Positions 11,522-23,030 of a stretch of DNA of 64,000 bases are shown here, one piece after another. The stretch lies in NCBI GenBank assembly GCA_035531495.1, contig DATKSU010000017.1, forward strand, positions 2,668 to 66,667. Direction: 5' to 3'. Within the stretch, counting starts at the first letter, position 1; every line of letters begins with the position of its first letter. This DNA comes from Minisyncoccota bacterium. Lineage in GTDB: Bacteria > Patescibacteriota > Minisyncoccia > Phycocordibacterales > Phycocordibacteraceae. The position numbers and the translations under genes were made by a program. Under the pieces are notes generated by a model. The model had not been told where the DNA came from. It worked only from the letters and a program-made list of their open reading frames with translations, and searched no databases.

Positions 11522-11556
11522 CGCGCAAAAGAAAAGCCCGCGGGGAAGCGGGCTTA
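11522..11556 (-). terminator. terminator hairpin
   Basis: Hairpin agcccgc-gggga-a-gcgggct. On the minus strand it is followed by a T-run, downstream of the 11554-11883 gene. Confidence 0.45.
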
Positions 11557-11883
11557 GAAGAGCATTTCGAACGGCAGCTCGAATTCCCGGCCGGCAAGGG
11601 CCGTGAGGAACGGCCCGGAATATGCGCGTATGCCGTCGTCGCTCGCGACGAGCTGCATGAACAGCTCCATCGAGACCGGGACGACGTACTGGCCTTGCCT
11701 GTACCACGGGATCGAGCGGCCGAAGGGAATCGGGACTGGCAGCGCGTTCACGTATCGGATGATGAACCTTCGCCGCTGGCTATGTCCGAGATGCAGAGAA
11801 CAACCGTCTGGAACCGTCACGATTTGTGCGCCGCGGCGCGCGCCGCGGCGCCAGAGCTGGAGTACGGCAACGTAGCTTTGCAT
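11554..11883 (-). CDS. hypothetical protein (about 109 aa)
   Basis: ATG at 11883 (MQSYVAVLQLWRR…). A terminator hairpin lies directly downstream. No recognised domain. Confidence 0.35.
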   Translation of the reverse strand: MQSYVAVLQLWRRGARRGAQIVTVPDGCSLHLGHSQRRRFIIRYVNALPVPIPFGRSIPWYRQGQYVVPVSMELFMQLVASDDGIRAYSGPFLTALAGREFELPFEMLF

Positions 11884-11979
11884 GGTGCACCTCATCTTGA
11901 ACGTCCTGGCCGAACCGCTGATCCTGCGGCGAATCTTCAAGCACCGCGCCGCGGAAGTCAAATGCGGCCGGCATCGTGG

Positions 11980-12068
11980 TACCGAGGGTGAGACTCGAAC
12001 TCACATGAAGGTTTTTAGGCCCTCTCCGGGTTTTAAGCCCGGTGCGTCTGCCATTCCGCCACCTCGGC
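11980..12068 (-). tRNA. tRNA-Leu (anticodon TAA)
   Basis: Manually folded: anticodon arm CCGGG-CTTAAAA-CCCGG, long variable arm, T-arm GTGAG-TTCGAGT-CTCAC. Confidence 0.8.
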
Positions 12069-12108
12069 GTCTTTTGAAGATACCATTCCTCTGCTACTCT
12101 CGGAGGAC

Positions 12109-12180
12109 GGCCCGATGGTGAAGTGGTAACACAGCGGTCTGCAAAACCGCGATGCGCGGGTTCGATTCCCGCTCGGGCCT
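12109..12180 (+). tRNA. tRNA-Cys (anticodon GCA)
   Basis: Acceptor GGCCCGA/TCGGGCC, anticodon arm GCGGT-CTGCAAA-ACCGC, T-loop GGTTCGATTCC. Confidence 0.8.
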
Positions 12181-12524
12181 CAGGAAAGCGCGTCTAACCG
12201 CCGGCGATTCTTCTCGCCGCGGTCGAGCGCGAAGTCGACGCGCGGCAAAGGCGAGAGGCGCGTATGCGCCTTGAGGTGATCCGAGAATGCTTCGCGCTGC
12301 CGTTCGAGGAAGGAGAGCGCCGCGCGTTCCTTAGCGTCGGGGAAGACCGTGACGAAGACGGTGACTCGCTCGCCGTGCGCGGACGGCTCCGCGCGCGTGA
12401 CGGTGATGAGGGACCCCGCGCCGGCTTCCCGCAAGATGAAGCCGGCGGCTTCGTGCGCGATGAGGGTCGCCGCGCGTTCGGCGTGATGATTGCCGCCTCC
12501 CGGCGCGTGTCCGGCGGCGCTCAT
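12180..12524 (-). CDS. rbfA: ribosome-binding factor A-like protein
   Basis: 114 aa, immediately downstream of infB with a 4-nt overlap. KH-like core …SLITVTRAEPSAHGERVTVFVTVF…. The N-terminus may be shorter than the ORF. Confidence 0.6.
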   Translation of the reverse strand: MSAAGHAPGGGNHHAERAATLIAHEAAGFILREAGAGSLITVTRAEPSAHGERVTVFVTVFPDAKERAALSFLERQREAFSDHLKAHTRLSPLPRVDFALDRGEKNRRRLDALS

Positions 12525-13987
12525 GACGTCACGACGGCAAAGGCGATGAGCACGTCGCTCGGCGCCGCATCCGCGCGCGCCTCGATCTCGGTGCCGAAGG
12601 TTCCTTCCGTGCGGATCTCCTTCACGTCGGCGCGCGCCTGCTGCAGGTTCGCCACCGTGCCGCGCCCAATCTCGTTCTCGCCCCGCATGATTTTCACCTT
12701 ATTTCCGACGGCGAAGGCGCCGCGGTCGAGCCGGGCGCCGATGACCTGCTTCTTTGCGCTCGACGAGAACGTCTTGATGACGGTCGCGCGCCCGAGCTCC
12801 TCTTCGACGGTGACGGACGGGGCGCGCTCGGCGAGGAGCTCGGCGACTTTCTGCGACAGCTCATAGATGATGGAGAACGATTCGATGCGGATGCCGTCAC
12901 GCAGCGCGAGTTCGCGCGCGATCGGGTCCGTCGCGGCGTTGAAGGCGATGATGACGCCGCCGGTCGCTGCCGCGGTCTTCACGTCGCCCTCGGAGACGTT
13001 TCCGACGCCCGTGGCAACGATGCGCAGCGCCGCGCGTTCGTGCGTGACTTTCTCGAGCTCGTGCAGGATGGCGTCGACGGAACCCGCGACGTCCGCCTTG
13101 ATGACGAGCGGCAGTTCGGCGCCGCCGTCCGCCGCCGCGATTGCGGTCGGGCGCGCCGCCGCCGCCGCATATTCGGCCGCGAGCGCTTCCGCCTCCTTCT
13201 TCGCCTTCACGACGGTGAAGATCGTTCCTGCCGCGGGGAGGGAACTGAAGCCGGAGATGCGCGCGGGTTCGGACGGGCCGGCCGCCTCGATGCGCTCGCC
13301 GCGGAAGTCCTCGATGTAGCGTACGGGCGCATATGCGTCGCCGGCGACGACGAAGCGGGATTTTCCGAGCGTACCGTCTTTCACGATGAGCGTGGCGGAT
13401 GCGCCACGCTTCGGGTCCTGCATGGACTCGAGCACGAAGCCCGTCGCCGCCGCATCCGTGTCGGCGGTGAGCTCCGCGAGGTCGGCAGCGAGGAGCACGA
13501 GATCAAGGAGTTCCGGCACGCCCTCGCCCGTCTTCGAGGAGACAAGTGCGTAGGCGATATCGCCGCCGAGCCCTTCGAGATAAATGCCGTGCTCGAGGAG
13601 CGAATTCTTCGCGCGTTCGACGTCCGCGTTGTTCTTGTCAATCTTCGTGATAGCGACGAGGTAGGGAATGCCAGCGTCCGTGATGGCCGCGAGCGCGTCC
13701 TCGGTCTGCGGCATGACGCCTTCGTCGGCCGCGACGACGAGGATGGCGATGTCAGCCGCCGCCGCGCCGCGCGTGCGCAGCGCCTTGAAGGCCTCGTGCC
13801 CGGGCGTGTCGAGGAAGGTCACGCGCCGCCCGTTATGTTCGGCAATGTACGCGGAGACGTGCTGCGTGATGCCACCAGCTTCGTTCGCGACGCTGTTCGT
13901 TTTCCGGATGTAGTCGAGGAGCGTCGACTTGCCATGATCTATGTGGCCCATCACCGCGATGACGGGCGGTCGTGCGACCCGTGCCAT
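12521..13987 (-). CDS. infB: translation initiation factor IF-2 (short form lacking an N-terminal extension)
   Basis: G-domain motifs [14 protein letters not shown] and NKID are present, followed by beta-barrel domains. Confidence 0.93.
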   Translation of the reverse strand: MARVARPPVIAVMGHIDHGKSTLLDYIRKTNSVANEAGGITQHVSAYIAEHNGRRVTFLDTPGHEAFKALRTRGAAAADIAILVVAADEGVMPQTEDALAAITDAGIPYLVAITKIDKNNADVERAKNSLLEHGIYLEGLGGDIAYALVSSKTGEGVPELLDLVLLAADLAELTADTDAAATGFVLESMQDPKRGASATLIVKDGTLGKSRFVVAGDAYAPVRYIEDFRGERIEAAGPSEPARISGFSSLPAAGTIFTVVKAKKEAEALAAEYAAAAARPTAIAAADGGAELPLVIKADVAGSVDAILHELEKVTHERAALRIVATGVGNVSEGDVKTAAATGGVIIAFNAATDPIARELALRDGIRIESFSIIYELSQKVAELLAERAPSVTVEEELGRATVIKTFSSSAKKQVIGARLDRGAFAVGNKVKIMRGENEIGRGTVANLQQARADVKEIRTEGTFGTEIEARADAAPSDVLIAFAVVTS

Positions 13988-14044
13988 AATGCCTCATATC
14001 ATCACAAAAAATGCGCGCGCGCAATCAGTGTAGAATCACGTCAT

Positions 14045-15172
14045 ATGCTGCGAAGACGGAGGACGTATCTCGATTGGGCGGCGGGCGCGAGCGCGAACCC
14101 GTCGTCGCCGCACGCGGAAGGGCGGCGGGCGCGGGCGCGGCTCGAGGCCGCGCGCGAGGCGATCGCGCGGCTCGTCGAGGCGAAGCCGGACGACGTCATC
14201 TTCACCGGCGGCGCGACGGAGGCGAACGCGCTCGCAATCGTCGGTCATGCGCAGGCGCGTAAGCGCGCGGGTGCGCGCGCCACCCATATGCTGTACCTGC
14301 CGAGCGCGCACGCGTCGGTCGTGGAGAATATGGCCGCGCTCGCCGCAAGGGGCATCGCGGTCGAGCCGCTCGCCATCCGGGATGCGGCGGTCGACATCGG
14401 GGCGCTCGCGCGCCAGCTGCGCCCCGAGACCGCGCTCGTCTCGATGGACGCGGTCTGCGGCGAAACGGGTGTGGTGTGGAATACCCTCGATGTGCGGCAC
14501 GCGCTCGATGCGGCGCGTCCGGGCGGTCCGCGTATCCTGCTCCATGTCGACGCGAGCCAGGCGCCCTTGACCGAGAAGATGACGCGTGCACATTTCGGCG
14601 CCGACCTCCTCACGCTCGACGCGTCGAAGGTCAGCCTCGTCCGCGGCATCGGGGCGCTCGTCGCGCATCGCACGATCGCGCTTGCACCCTTGTACGCGGG
14701 CGGCGGGCAGGAGCGGGGACTCTGCCCCGGGAGCGAGGCGCCGGAACTCGCGCTGCGCTTCGCCGAGGGTCTCGCCGCCGCCGCGCAGGGTCGCGAGCGC
14801 TTCCGCGCCCGCGCCACGCGCGACCGCGCGGCATTCCTCGCCGCCATCACGGCAGCCGTTCCGGGCGTATCTATCCAGGAGGGGGCGCAGCAGGCGCCGC
14901 ATATCGTGAACCTATCACTACCGGGCCGCGACACCGATTACCTCGTCGCGTTGTTAGACGAGGCCGGCTATGCCGTCTCTACGAAGAGCGCGTGCGAGAC
15001 CGATTCCGAGGAGGGATCGCGCGCCGTCTTCGCCCTCACGGGTGATGCGGTGCGCGCCCGGTCGACCTTGCGCGTCTCCTTCGGCCCGGCGACGAGCTCC
15101 CGCGCCCTCGCTGCCTTCGCCCGCGCCCTCATCCGCGCCGTCGCATTTATTGACACTCATGCCCGCAGGTAG
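14045..15172 (+). CDS. class V aminotransferase / cysteine desulfurase-like protein
   Basis: ATG at 14045 (MLRRRRTYLDWAAG…). The track ORF starting at 13040 is a GC-driven extension running antisense to infB. Fold-type I features include …VIFTGGATEANALAIVGH… and HVDASQA. TAGAAT lies 8 nt upstream. Confidence 0.7.
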   Translation: MLRRRRTYLDWAAGASANPSSPHAEGRRARARLEAAREAIARLVEAKPDDVIFTGGATEANALAIVGHAQARKRAGARATHMLYLPSAHASVVENMAALAARGIAVEPLAIRDAAVDIGALARQLRPETALVSMDAVCGETGVVWNTLDVRHALDAARPGGPRILLHVDASQAPLTEKMTRAHFGADLLTLDASKVSLVRGIGALVAHRTIALAPLYAGGGQERGLCPGSEAPELALRFAEGLAAAAQGRERFRARATRDRAAFLAAITAAVPGVSIQEGAQQAPHIVNLSLPGRDTDYLVALLDEAGYAVSTKSACETDSEEGSRAVFALTGDAVRARSTLRVSFGPATSSRALAAFARALIRAVAFIDTHARR

Positions 15173-15187
15173 CATTATGTAATCACC

Positions 15188-15964
15188 ATGAATATCGAGG
15201 AACTCTCGAAATCCCAGCTCATCCTGCTCACGATCCTCGTAAATTTCGTTACGTCGGTCGCTACCGGCATCTTGACCGTGTCCCTGCTCGACCAGGCGCC
15301 GCCGGTGGTCACGCAGACCGTGAACCGCGTCGTCGAGCACACGATCGAGACCGTCGCCCAAGCGGCTCCGGCGGCCGTCATCTCGGCCCCGGCCCCGGCC
15401 CCGTCGAACCAGGACCTCGTCACGGCGGCCATCGGCGCCGACGCGTCGCGCGCCGTCGACATTTATGACGCGAAGACCGGCACCTCGACGCCCGCGCTCG
15501 CGGTCGGCACCTACCTGCCGGAAGCGCGTGCCATCGCCACCGCGGCGAAAGATTCGCTTCCGCAGGAAGTCATCATCGGCTTCGCGGGCAATTCCTACGT
15601 GCCCGCGTCGCTCTCGCACAAAGGGCAGGGCATCGCCATCTACGGCTTCTCGGATAAGGCGACTCTGCCGAAGGCGTCCGTGCCAGCCTTGGTCGCCGCG
15701 CAGAACCTCAAACTCGGTCAGACGGCGCTCGCGGTGGGCGCCGACGGCTCCGCCTCGACTGGTATCGTCTCCCGCGTCGGCGCGAGCGGCGTCCGCACGA
15801 CCTTGCCGGAGATCGGTGCCGGCAGCGCGGCGGTGGACCTCTCGGGGAACTTGATTGGCATCGCGGCCGGCGGGACGCCAGGGCTCCTCATCCCGACCGA
15901 TGTCATCACGGCGCTCCTCACGGCGACGTCCTCGGCTGCAACGTCCACGGCACCGGCGACGTAA
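15188..15964 (+). CDS. membrane-anchored trypsin-like (S1C/HtrA-like) protease homolog, apparently catalytically degenerate
   Basis: N-terminal TM helix. C-terminal half aligns to the HtrA core (…GQTALAVGADGSASTGIVSRVG…AAVDLSGNLIGIAAGG…). The GNSGG serine motif is replaced by GSAAV, and no catalytic His is evident. Confidence 0.45.
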   Translation: MNIEELSKSQLILLTILVNFVTSVATGILTVSLLDQAPPVVTQTVNRVVEHTIETVAQAAPAAVISAPAPAPSNQDLVTAAIGADASRAVDIYDAKTGTSTPALAVGTYLPEARAIATAAKDSLPQEVIIGFAGNSYVPASLSHKGQGIAIYGFSDKATLPKASVPALVAAQNLKLGQTALAVGADGSASTGIVSRVGASGVRTTLPEIGAGSAAVDLSGNLIGIAAGGTPGLLIPTDVITALLTATSSAATSTAPAT

Positions 15965-15984
15965 TAGTCAATAAATAGTACGGT

Positions 15985-18663
<2,679 letters not shown>

Positions 18664-18690
18664 GGAGCGCGCATCTGCTAGGGTTCTCGC

Positions 18691-18846
18691 ATGTCACAAG
18701 ACCGCCTCATCCGTCTCAAGTCGACGAAGTCCGAGCATGTCGTCTGGACGCGCAAGAACAAGAAGAAGGTCGAGCGCAAGATCGAACTCATGAAGTACGA
18801 CCCAACGCTCCGCAAGCGCGTGCCGTTCAAGGAGGCGAAGAAATAA
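18691..18846 (+). CDS. rpmG: 50S ribosomal protein L33 (non-Zn type)
   Basis: 51-aa ORF MSQDRLIRLKSTKSEHVVWTRKNKKKVERKIELMKYDPTLRKRVPFKEAKK. Below the ORF-track length cut-off. A strong terminator follows. Confidence 0.75.
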   Translation: MSQDRLIRLKSTKSEHVVWTRKNKKKVERKIELMKYDPTLRKRVPFKEAKK

Positions 18847-18857
18847 ACATCCGAGAT

Positions 18858-18890
18858 GAGAAACCGCCGAAAGGCGGTTTCTCATTCCTG
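18858..18890. terminator. bidirectional rho-independent terminator
   Basis: Hairpin gagaaaccgcc-gaaa-ggcggtttctc with flanking T/A runs, between rpmG (+) and tRNA-Gly (-). Confidence 0.6.
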
Positions 18891-18893
18891 CTG

Positions 18894-18964
18894 CGGGCCC
18901 ACCAGGACTCGAACCTGGGACGGCGGTTTTGGAGACCGCTGTTTTACCACTAAACTATAGGCCC
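18894..18964 (-). tRNA. tRNA-Gly (anticodon TCC)
   Basis: Acceptor GGGCCTA/TGGGCCC, anticodon arm GCGGT-CTCCAAA-ACCGC, T-arm CCAGG-TTCGAGT-CCTGG. Confidence 0.75.
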
Positions 18965-19042
18965 ATACGGACAAACGATAGCAGACGCGACGCAGTGGGG
19001 AAAGGCGCCGCAGCCGCACGGCGGCCGCGGTATGATGCCGGT

Positions 19043-20017
19043 ATGCGTTCTCGCATCCTCCTGCCCGCCCTCTTCCTCGTCGCGGCCGGCGCGTTCGTTC
19101 TGCCGAACGTCACGCACGCCGCCATCCCGTTCTTTGGACCCATCATCCCGGCCGGCAACGACACGTGCCCGGCGGGGTGGGGCATGTTCATGATCGTCAT
19201 CAACAACATCGTCGAGCTCCTCATCACGCTCGCCATCGTCTTCGTCGCGCCGCTCACGATCGCGTGGGCCGGGTTCCTCTATGTCGTCAATCCCGTCGAC
19301 CCGAGCGGCATGAGCCGCGCGAAGTCCATCCTCTGGAACACGGTCTTCGGCATCGTCATCGCGCTCGCCGCATGGCTCATCGTGGACGCCATCTTGGCGG
19401 CGCTGACCAACCAGGGGCTGACCTACTGGGCGAGCCTTGTCGGCAGCAACGGCACGCAGCCGTGCCTCTCGGTCGCGAGCTCGCTCCGGCAGGCCGCTCC
19501 GCCGACGACCACGGCCGGACTCGCGGTCGGGACGACGCCGACGGTGACGGGCGTCGGCGCGGGCGGCCAGCAGTACCTCTCGTTCGGCTCGGGCGCGTGC
19601 GTGGCGACGGCCGTGCAGCAGGGCGCGACCTCAGGCGGCTACAGCCTGACCGTCGCGCAATCGAATACGCTCGCCTGCATCGCGCAATTCGAGAGCACGT
19701 GCGGTTCGAACCTCAGGCCGAATCCGGCCTCAAGCGCCGCTGGCGCGTTCCAGGTCCTGCTGCAGCGAAACAGCGCGTGCTACAACAATGCGGCTTGCGA
19801 GCAGGCCGCCGGTCAGCCCGGCGTGCCGCTTAATTGCCAGAATGGATTCAGCGGCGGTCAATCGTTGAACAATGCCACTTCGCAGATGTGCTATGCCGCC
19901 GCAGCAAATCTCGCGTGCGCAGCGTCGGCGGCGGCCTGTCTCGTGCAAGCAAATCCGAACTTCAGCGATTGGGCGACGCCGAGCGACCAATCCTGCGTGC
20001 GCACCTACAACATCTGA
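19043..20017 (+). CDS. pilin-like N-terminal module fused to a Cys-rich C-terminal domain with lytic-transglycosylase-like motifs
   Basis: ATG at 19043 with TATGAT 6 nt upstream. Signal peptide present. The helix-loop-helix (…LITLAIVFVAPLTIAWAGFLYVVNPVD…SILWNTVFGIVIALAAWLIVDAIL…) resembles the 5661-8042 paralogs. The C-terminal 150 aa carries FESTCG, GAFQV and SACYNNAA in SLT order, plus 12 Cys. Confidence 0.45.
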   Translation: MRSRILLPALFLVAAGAFVLPNVTHAAIPFFGPIIPAGNDTCPAGWGMFMIVINNIVELLITLAIVFVAPLTIAWAGFLYVVNPVDPSGMSRAKSILWNTVFGIVIALAAWLIVDAILAALTNQGLTYWASLVGSNGTQPCLSVASSLRQAAPPTTTAGLAVGTTPTVTGVGAGGQQYLSFGSGACVATAVQQGATSGGYSLTVAQSNTLACIAQFESTCGSNLRPNPASSAAGAFQVLLQRNSACYNNAACEQAAGQPGVPLNCQNGFSGGQSLNNATSQMCYAAAANLACAASAAACLVQANPNFSDWATPSDQSCVRTYNI

Positions 20018-20034
20018 CGCGCTATGATGAACCT

Positions 20035-20631
20035 ATGATGCGGATACTGGCCATCGGTTCGCTCGCAGTCATCGTCGTCGCGGCGATCGCTTTCTACGTT
20101 CTCGCCCCGAAGCAACCGCAGCAGCAGGCGCCCGCCGGAAGCGGCGCGCCGGTAACGCTGCCGTCAGCCGGCGAGACGACAGTCACCGTCGGCAACTCGG
20201 GCGCCACATTTGCGCCGGGCGAACCGAACATGTCCCTCACTCTCGCGACGGGGAGCACCACCGTCGTCAAGGATTTCATAACGAGCAGCACGACCGGCAA
20301 AGACGTGCAGAACCCGGGCGTCTACTACCTGGCCGGGAGCGCCGGGTACTGCCTCGCGGACGGCACGTGCCCCCACGGCGCCGCCGTGAGCGATTTCATC
20401 ATCACCTACGACTCCTCGAGCGAATTCTTCACGATATCGCTCACAGAGGAGCCGCTCGCCACGGCGCGCGCGGACGCCGAGCAGTTCCTCGCGACGACGC
20501 TCGGCCTATCGGACATGCAGCTGTGCGATCTCAAGTACACGGTCCTGACGAACGAATCCGTGAACGCGTTCTTCGCCGGCAAGAATCTCGGTTTCAGCTC
20601 CTGTCCGGGCGCGACGGTGCTGCCGCAGTAG
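20035..20631 (+). CDS. hypothetical membrane-anchored secreted protein
   Basis: ATG at 20035 with TATGAT 6 nt upstream. N-terminal TM/signal anchor followed by a Thr/Ser-rich extracytoplasmic domain. Confidence 0.4.
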   Translation: MMRILAIGSLAVIVVAAIAFYVLAPKQPQQQAPAGSGAPVTLPSAGETTVTVGNSGATFAPGEPNMSLTLATGSTTVVKDFITSSTTGKDVQNPGVYYLAGSAGYCLADGTCPHGAAVSDFIITYDSSSEFFTISLTEEPLATARADAEQFLATTLGLSDMQLCDLKYTVLTNESVNAFFAGKNLGFSSCPGATVLPQ

Positions 20632-21475
20632 CGTGCTCGCGCACGAGCTTCGCGAGCCACGCTTTTTGCCGGCGCGCGTACTGCCAAAGCTTCGCCGAAA
20701 GGGCAGGCAGGAGCGACTCTTCAGACCGCTCGCCGCGCAGGCATTCGCCCACGACGCGGTACTCGAGGCCGAGCTCGTCGAGTCGTTCATCGCCGACCGC
20801 GTCCCGCACTTGTCGGACTTCCTTGACGAGGCCGCGCGCGAATGCCTCCTTGAGTCGCTCGTCGATGCGGGCGCGAAGTTCCTCGCGCGGCGGGTCGATG
20901 ATGATCCACTCGACGTCGTACGGGTTCGCGCCCCGGCCGCGCGCAGGCACGGCACCTTTTTGTGCGCCGATCTCGAGGGCGCGGATGAGTCGCCGCCGGT
21001 TCTTCGGATCAAGCTCGGCGGCGCGGCGCGGATCGGCGGCGCGGACGCGCGCGTACAGCTCTTCCGTCGATAGTCCCGCAAGCGCCTCGCGCAGGGCTTC
21101 GTCCGCCGGCACCGCGTCCGGCAGCCCGCTGAGGAGCGCGTCGAAATAGAAATGCGTTCCGCCCGCGAGGATGGGGAGCTTGCCGCGCGCGGCAATCTCC
21201 CCGATGAGCCGCTTCGCGTCCGCGACGAAATCGCCGGCCGAGTAGCGCTCGCCGGGTTCGCGGATATCGATGAGGTGGTGCGGGACGCCGCGCGTCTCGC
21301 CGCGCGGCAGCTTCTCCGTGCCGATGTCGAGGCAGCGATAGACCTGACGCGAATCGACCGAGATGACCTCGCCGCCCCGCGCGAGCGCTTCCGCGACGGC
21401 CCGCGCGGACTTGCCGGAGGCCGTCGGCCCCGCGATGCAGAGGATTTGTGCCGCCATTGCGCGCGATGGTAACAT
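20594..21475 (-). CDS. miaA: tRNA dimethylallyltransferase
   Basis: P-loop …ILCIAGPTASGKS…. ATG chosen at 21475 (MLPSRAMAAQ…); the track start 21484 is a GTG three codons upstream. Confidence 0.88.
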   Translation of the reverse strand: MLPSRAMAAQILCIAGPTASGKSARAVAEALARGGEVISVDSRQVYRCLDIGTEKLPRGETRGVPHHLIDIREPGERYSAGDFVADAKRLIGEIAARGKLPILAGGTHFYFDALLSGLPDAVPADEALREALAGLSTEELYARVRAADPRRAAELDPKNRRRLIRALEIGAQKGAVPARGRGANPYDVEWIIIDPPREELRARIDERLKEAFARGLVKEVRQVRDAVGDERLDELGLEYRVVGECLRGERSEESLLPALSAKLWQYARRQKAWLAKLVREHATAAAPSRPDRS

Positions 21476-21500
21476 ATGCCGCACGTAACCCTATACGCCT

Positions 21501-22160
21501 ATGAAAGAAACCAAGAGCAACTATTGCGAACGGTGCGGCGAGTTCCACGATCCGATACGCGATTACACGTCGCAAGTGAAGGTGGGCGAGGCGGTTCCTG
21601 ACTTCGAGTTCGAGGTATTCCATAAGGGCGCGATCAAGACGATGTCCTTGTCGCGGCTCCGCGGCAAGTGGGTCGTGCTCGTCTTCTATCCGGCTGATTT
21701 CACGTTCGTCTGCCCGACCGAGCTCGAGGAGCTCGCGAAGCTGCATCCGAAATTCAAGGATGCGAACGCCGAGATCATCTCGGTGTCGACCGATACGGCG
21801 TTCACGCATAAGGCGTGGCGCGACGCGTCAGAGGGCATCCGCGCCATCGAGTATCCGATGGCGGCGGACCCGTCCGGCAAGCTCTCCTACGCGTTCGGCG
21901 TCCTTATCGAGGGCGGCGAGGCGGAACTGACGCCGGACGAGGGCCTCCCGCTGCGCGGCACGTTCATCATCGATCCGGCGGGCATCCTGCGCGCGATGGA
22001 GATAAACGACAACTCGATGGGCCGCAAGGGCTCGGAGACCTTGCGCAAGCTCCAGGCGGCGCAGTACGTGGACACGCACAAGGGCCAGGTCTGTCCGGCC
22101 TCCTGGGAACCCGGGGGCGATACGCTCGAACCGGGCCTCGACCTGGTCGGGAAGCTGTAA
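21501..22160 (+). CDS. 2-Cys peroxiredoxin (AhpC/TSA family)
   Basis: Peroxidatic cysteine in FTFVCPTE, a resolving Cys near the C-terminus, and a thioredoxin fold. Confidence 0.88.
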   Translation: MKETKSNYCERCGEFHDPIRDYTSQVKVGEAVPDFEFEVFHKGAIKTMSLSRLRGKWVVLVFYPADFTFVCPTELEELAKLHPKFKDANAEIISVSTDTAFTHKAWRDASEGIRAIEYPMAADPSGKLSYAFGVLIEGGEAELTPDEGLPLRGTFIIDPAGILRAMEINDNSMGRKGSETLRKLQAAQYVDTHKGQVCPASWEPGGDTLEPGLDLVGKL

Positions 22161-22168
22161 GAGACGGT

Positions 22169-22198
22169 AAAAAAGCGACCCCTACGGGGGTCGCTTTG
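22169..22198. terminator. bidirectional terminator
   Basis: Hairpin aagcgacccc-tacg-ggggtcgctt between convergent genes, with flanking A/T runs. Confidence 0.55.
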
Positions 22199-22210
22199 CG
22201 TCATGGCCAG

Positions 22211-22873
22211 CTAGAGATGCTGCGGCGGATACGAAGGCATCGCCATAGCGTGCGTCCTGGCCGTCGCGAGCTTGATGGTCTCGACATTCCATGACGATTC
22301 CCAGACGGTGCGATCGAGCAGTACGTAATCGGCGCGTCGAAGCCTGCTCGCGCGGATGATGGGCTCCGCGCCGCGGCCTTCGCACGGGACGATGGTCGTC
22401 ATCGCGTCGCCACGCCCGCGGGCGTGGAGGACATCGAGATCGCCCGGCGAGCACAGGAGGCCGCGCACTCCATCATCGAGTAGTGTATCGACCGTCGTCA
22501 GGATGTTCTCCGGTTCGCGCGATGCTGGCGCGCAGGCGATGATAGCCGTGCGTGGCGATGCTTTGGCCGCTTCGCGCAGTACATCGTGCCCCGCACGGGC
22601 ATTCATGATAACGGCCGATACGCCTCGCGCGGCGAGTTCCCTCACCTCGACGGCGGCGGCTGCTGGATTGGAGAAATTCGTCGCGCTCCAGAACACCCGT
22701 ACGTAATTGCTCGCGAGGATCCATTCACGCATGACGTGCGGATAGACCGTAGCGTCCGGGAGGATATGCACTGCGTCGATGTGTGGGAAAATCCCTTGCA
22801 GCATGCGCAGGTCTTCTTCATGACGGAGCGACGGGTTCGGTCCCGCCGCGTACGTGACTACGATTGCTGGCAT
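22211..22873 (-). CDS. hypothetical protein (about 220 aa)
   Basis: ATG at 22873 is preceded by an SD-like CAAGGAG. No domain recognised with confidence. Confidence 0.35.
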   Translation of the reverse strand: MPAIVVTYAAGPNPSLRHEEDLRMLQGIFPHIDAVHILPDATVYPHVMREWILASNYVRVFWSATNFSNPAAAAVEVRELAARGVSAVIMNARAGHDVLREAAKASPRTAIIACAPASREPENILTTVDTLLDDGVRGLLCSPGDLDVLHARGRGDAMTTIVPCEGRGAEPIIRASRLRRADYVLLDRTVWESSWNVETIKLATARTHAMAMPSYPPQHL

Positions 22874-22965
22874 CACGTTCTCCTTGGGTTGAAGTACAGA
22901 AGGTCTAACGCTGATATACGCCGAAGCCGACGACACGGCAAGGGCTGTTCGCCAGGTGCCGGGGG

Positions 22966-23007
22966 AGGCTCGAACTCTCAAGCCTTTCGGCGGTGGGTTT
23001 TGAATCC
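22966..23007 (-). repeat. duplicated 3'-half fragment of tRNA-Leu(CAA) (about 42 nt direct repeat)
   Basis: ctcgaactctcaagcctttcggcggtgggttttgaatcc is identical to tRNA positions 23047-23088. The 5' half and acceptor do not fold, so it is a fragment rather than a gene. Confidence 0.6.
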
Positions 23008-23030
23008 GCCGCGCCCTGCACTGAAAATGT

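Noticed and set aside
13040-15172. 710-aa + strand ORF as a single gene
   Set aside because: The first about 335 codons run antisense through infB and translate to low-complexity sequence. The aminotransferase homology begins at the ATG at 14045, which also has a TAGAAT 8 nt upstream.
22211-22873. Tentative assignment as orotidine-5'-phosphate decarboxylase or LOG-family protein
   Set aside because: The expected signature motifs (DxKxxDIP for OMPDC; PGGxGTxEE for LOG) could not be found. Left as hypothetical.
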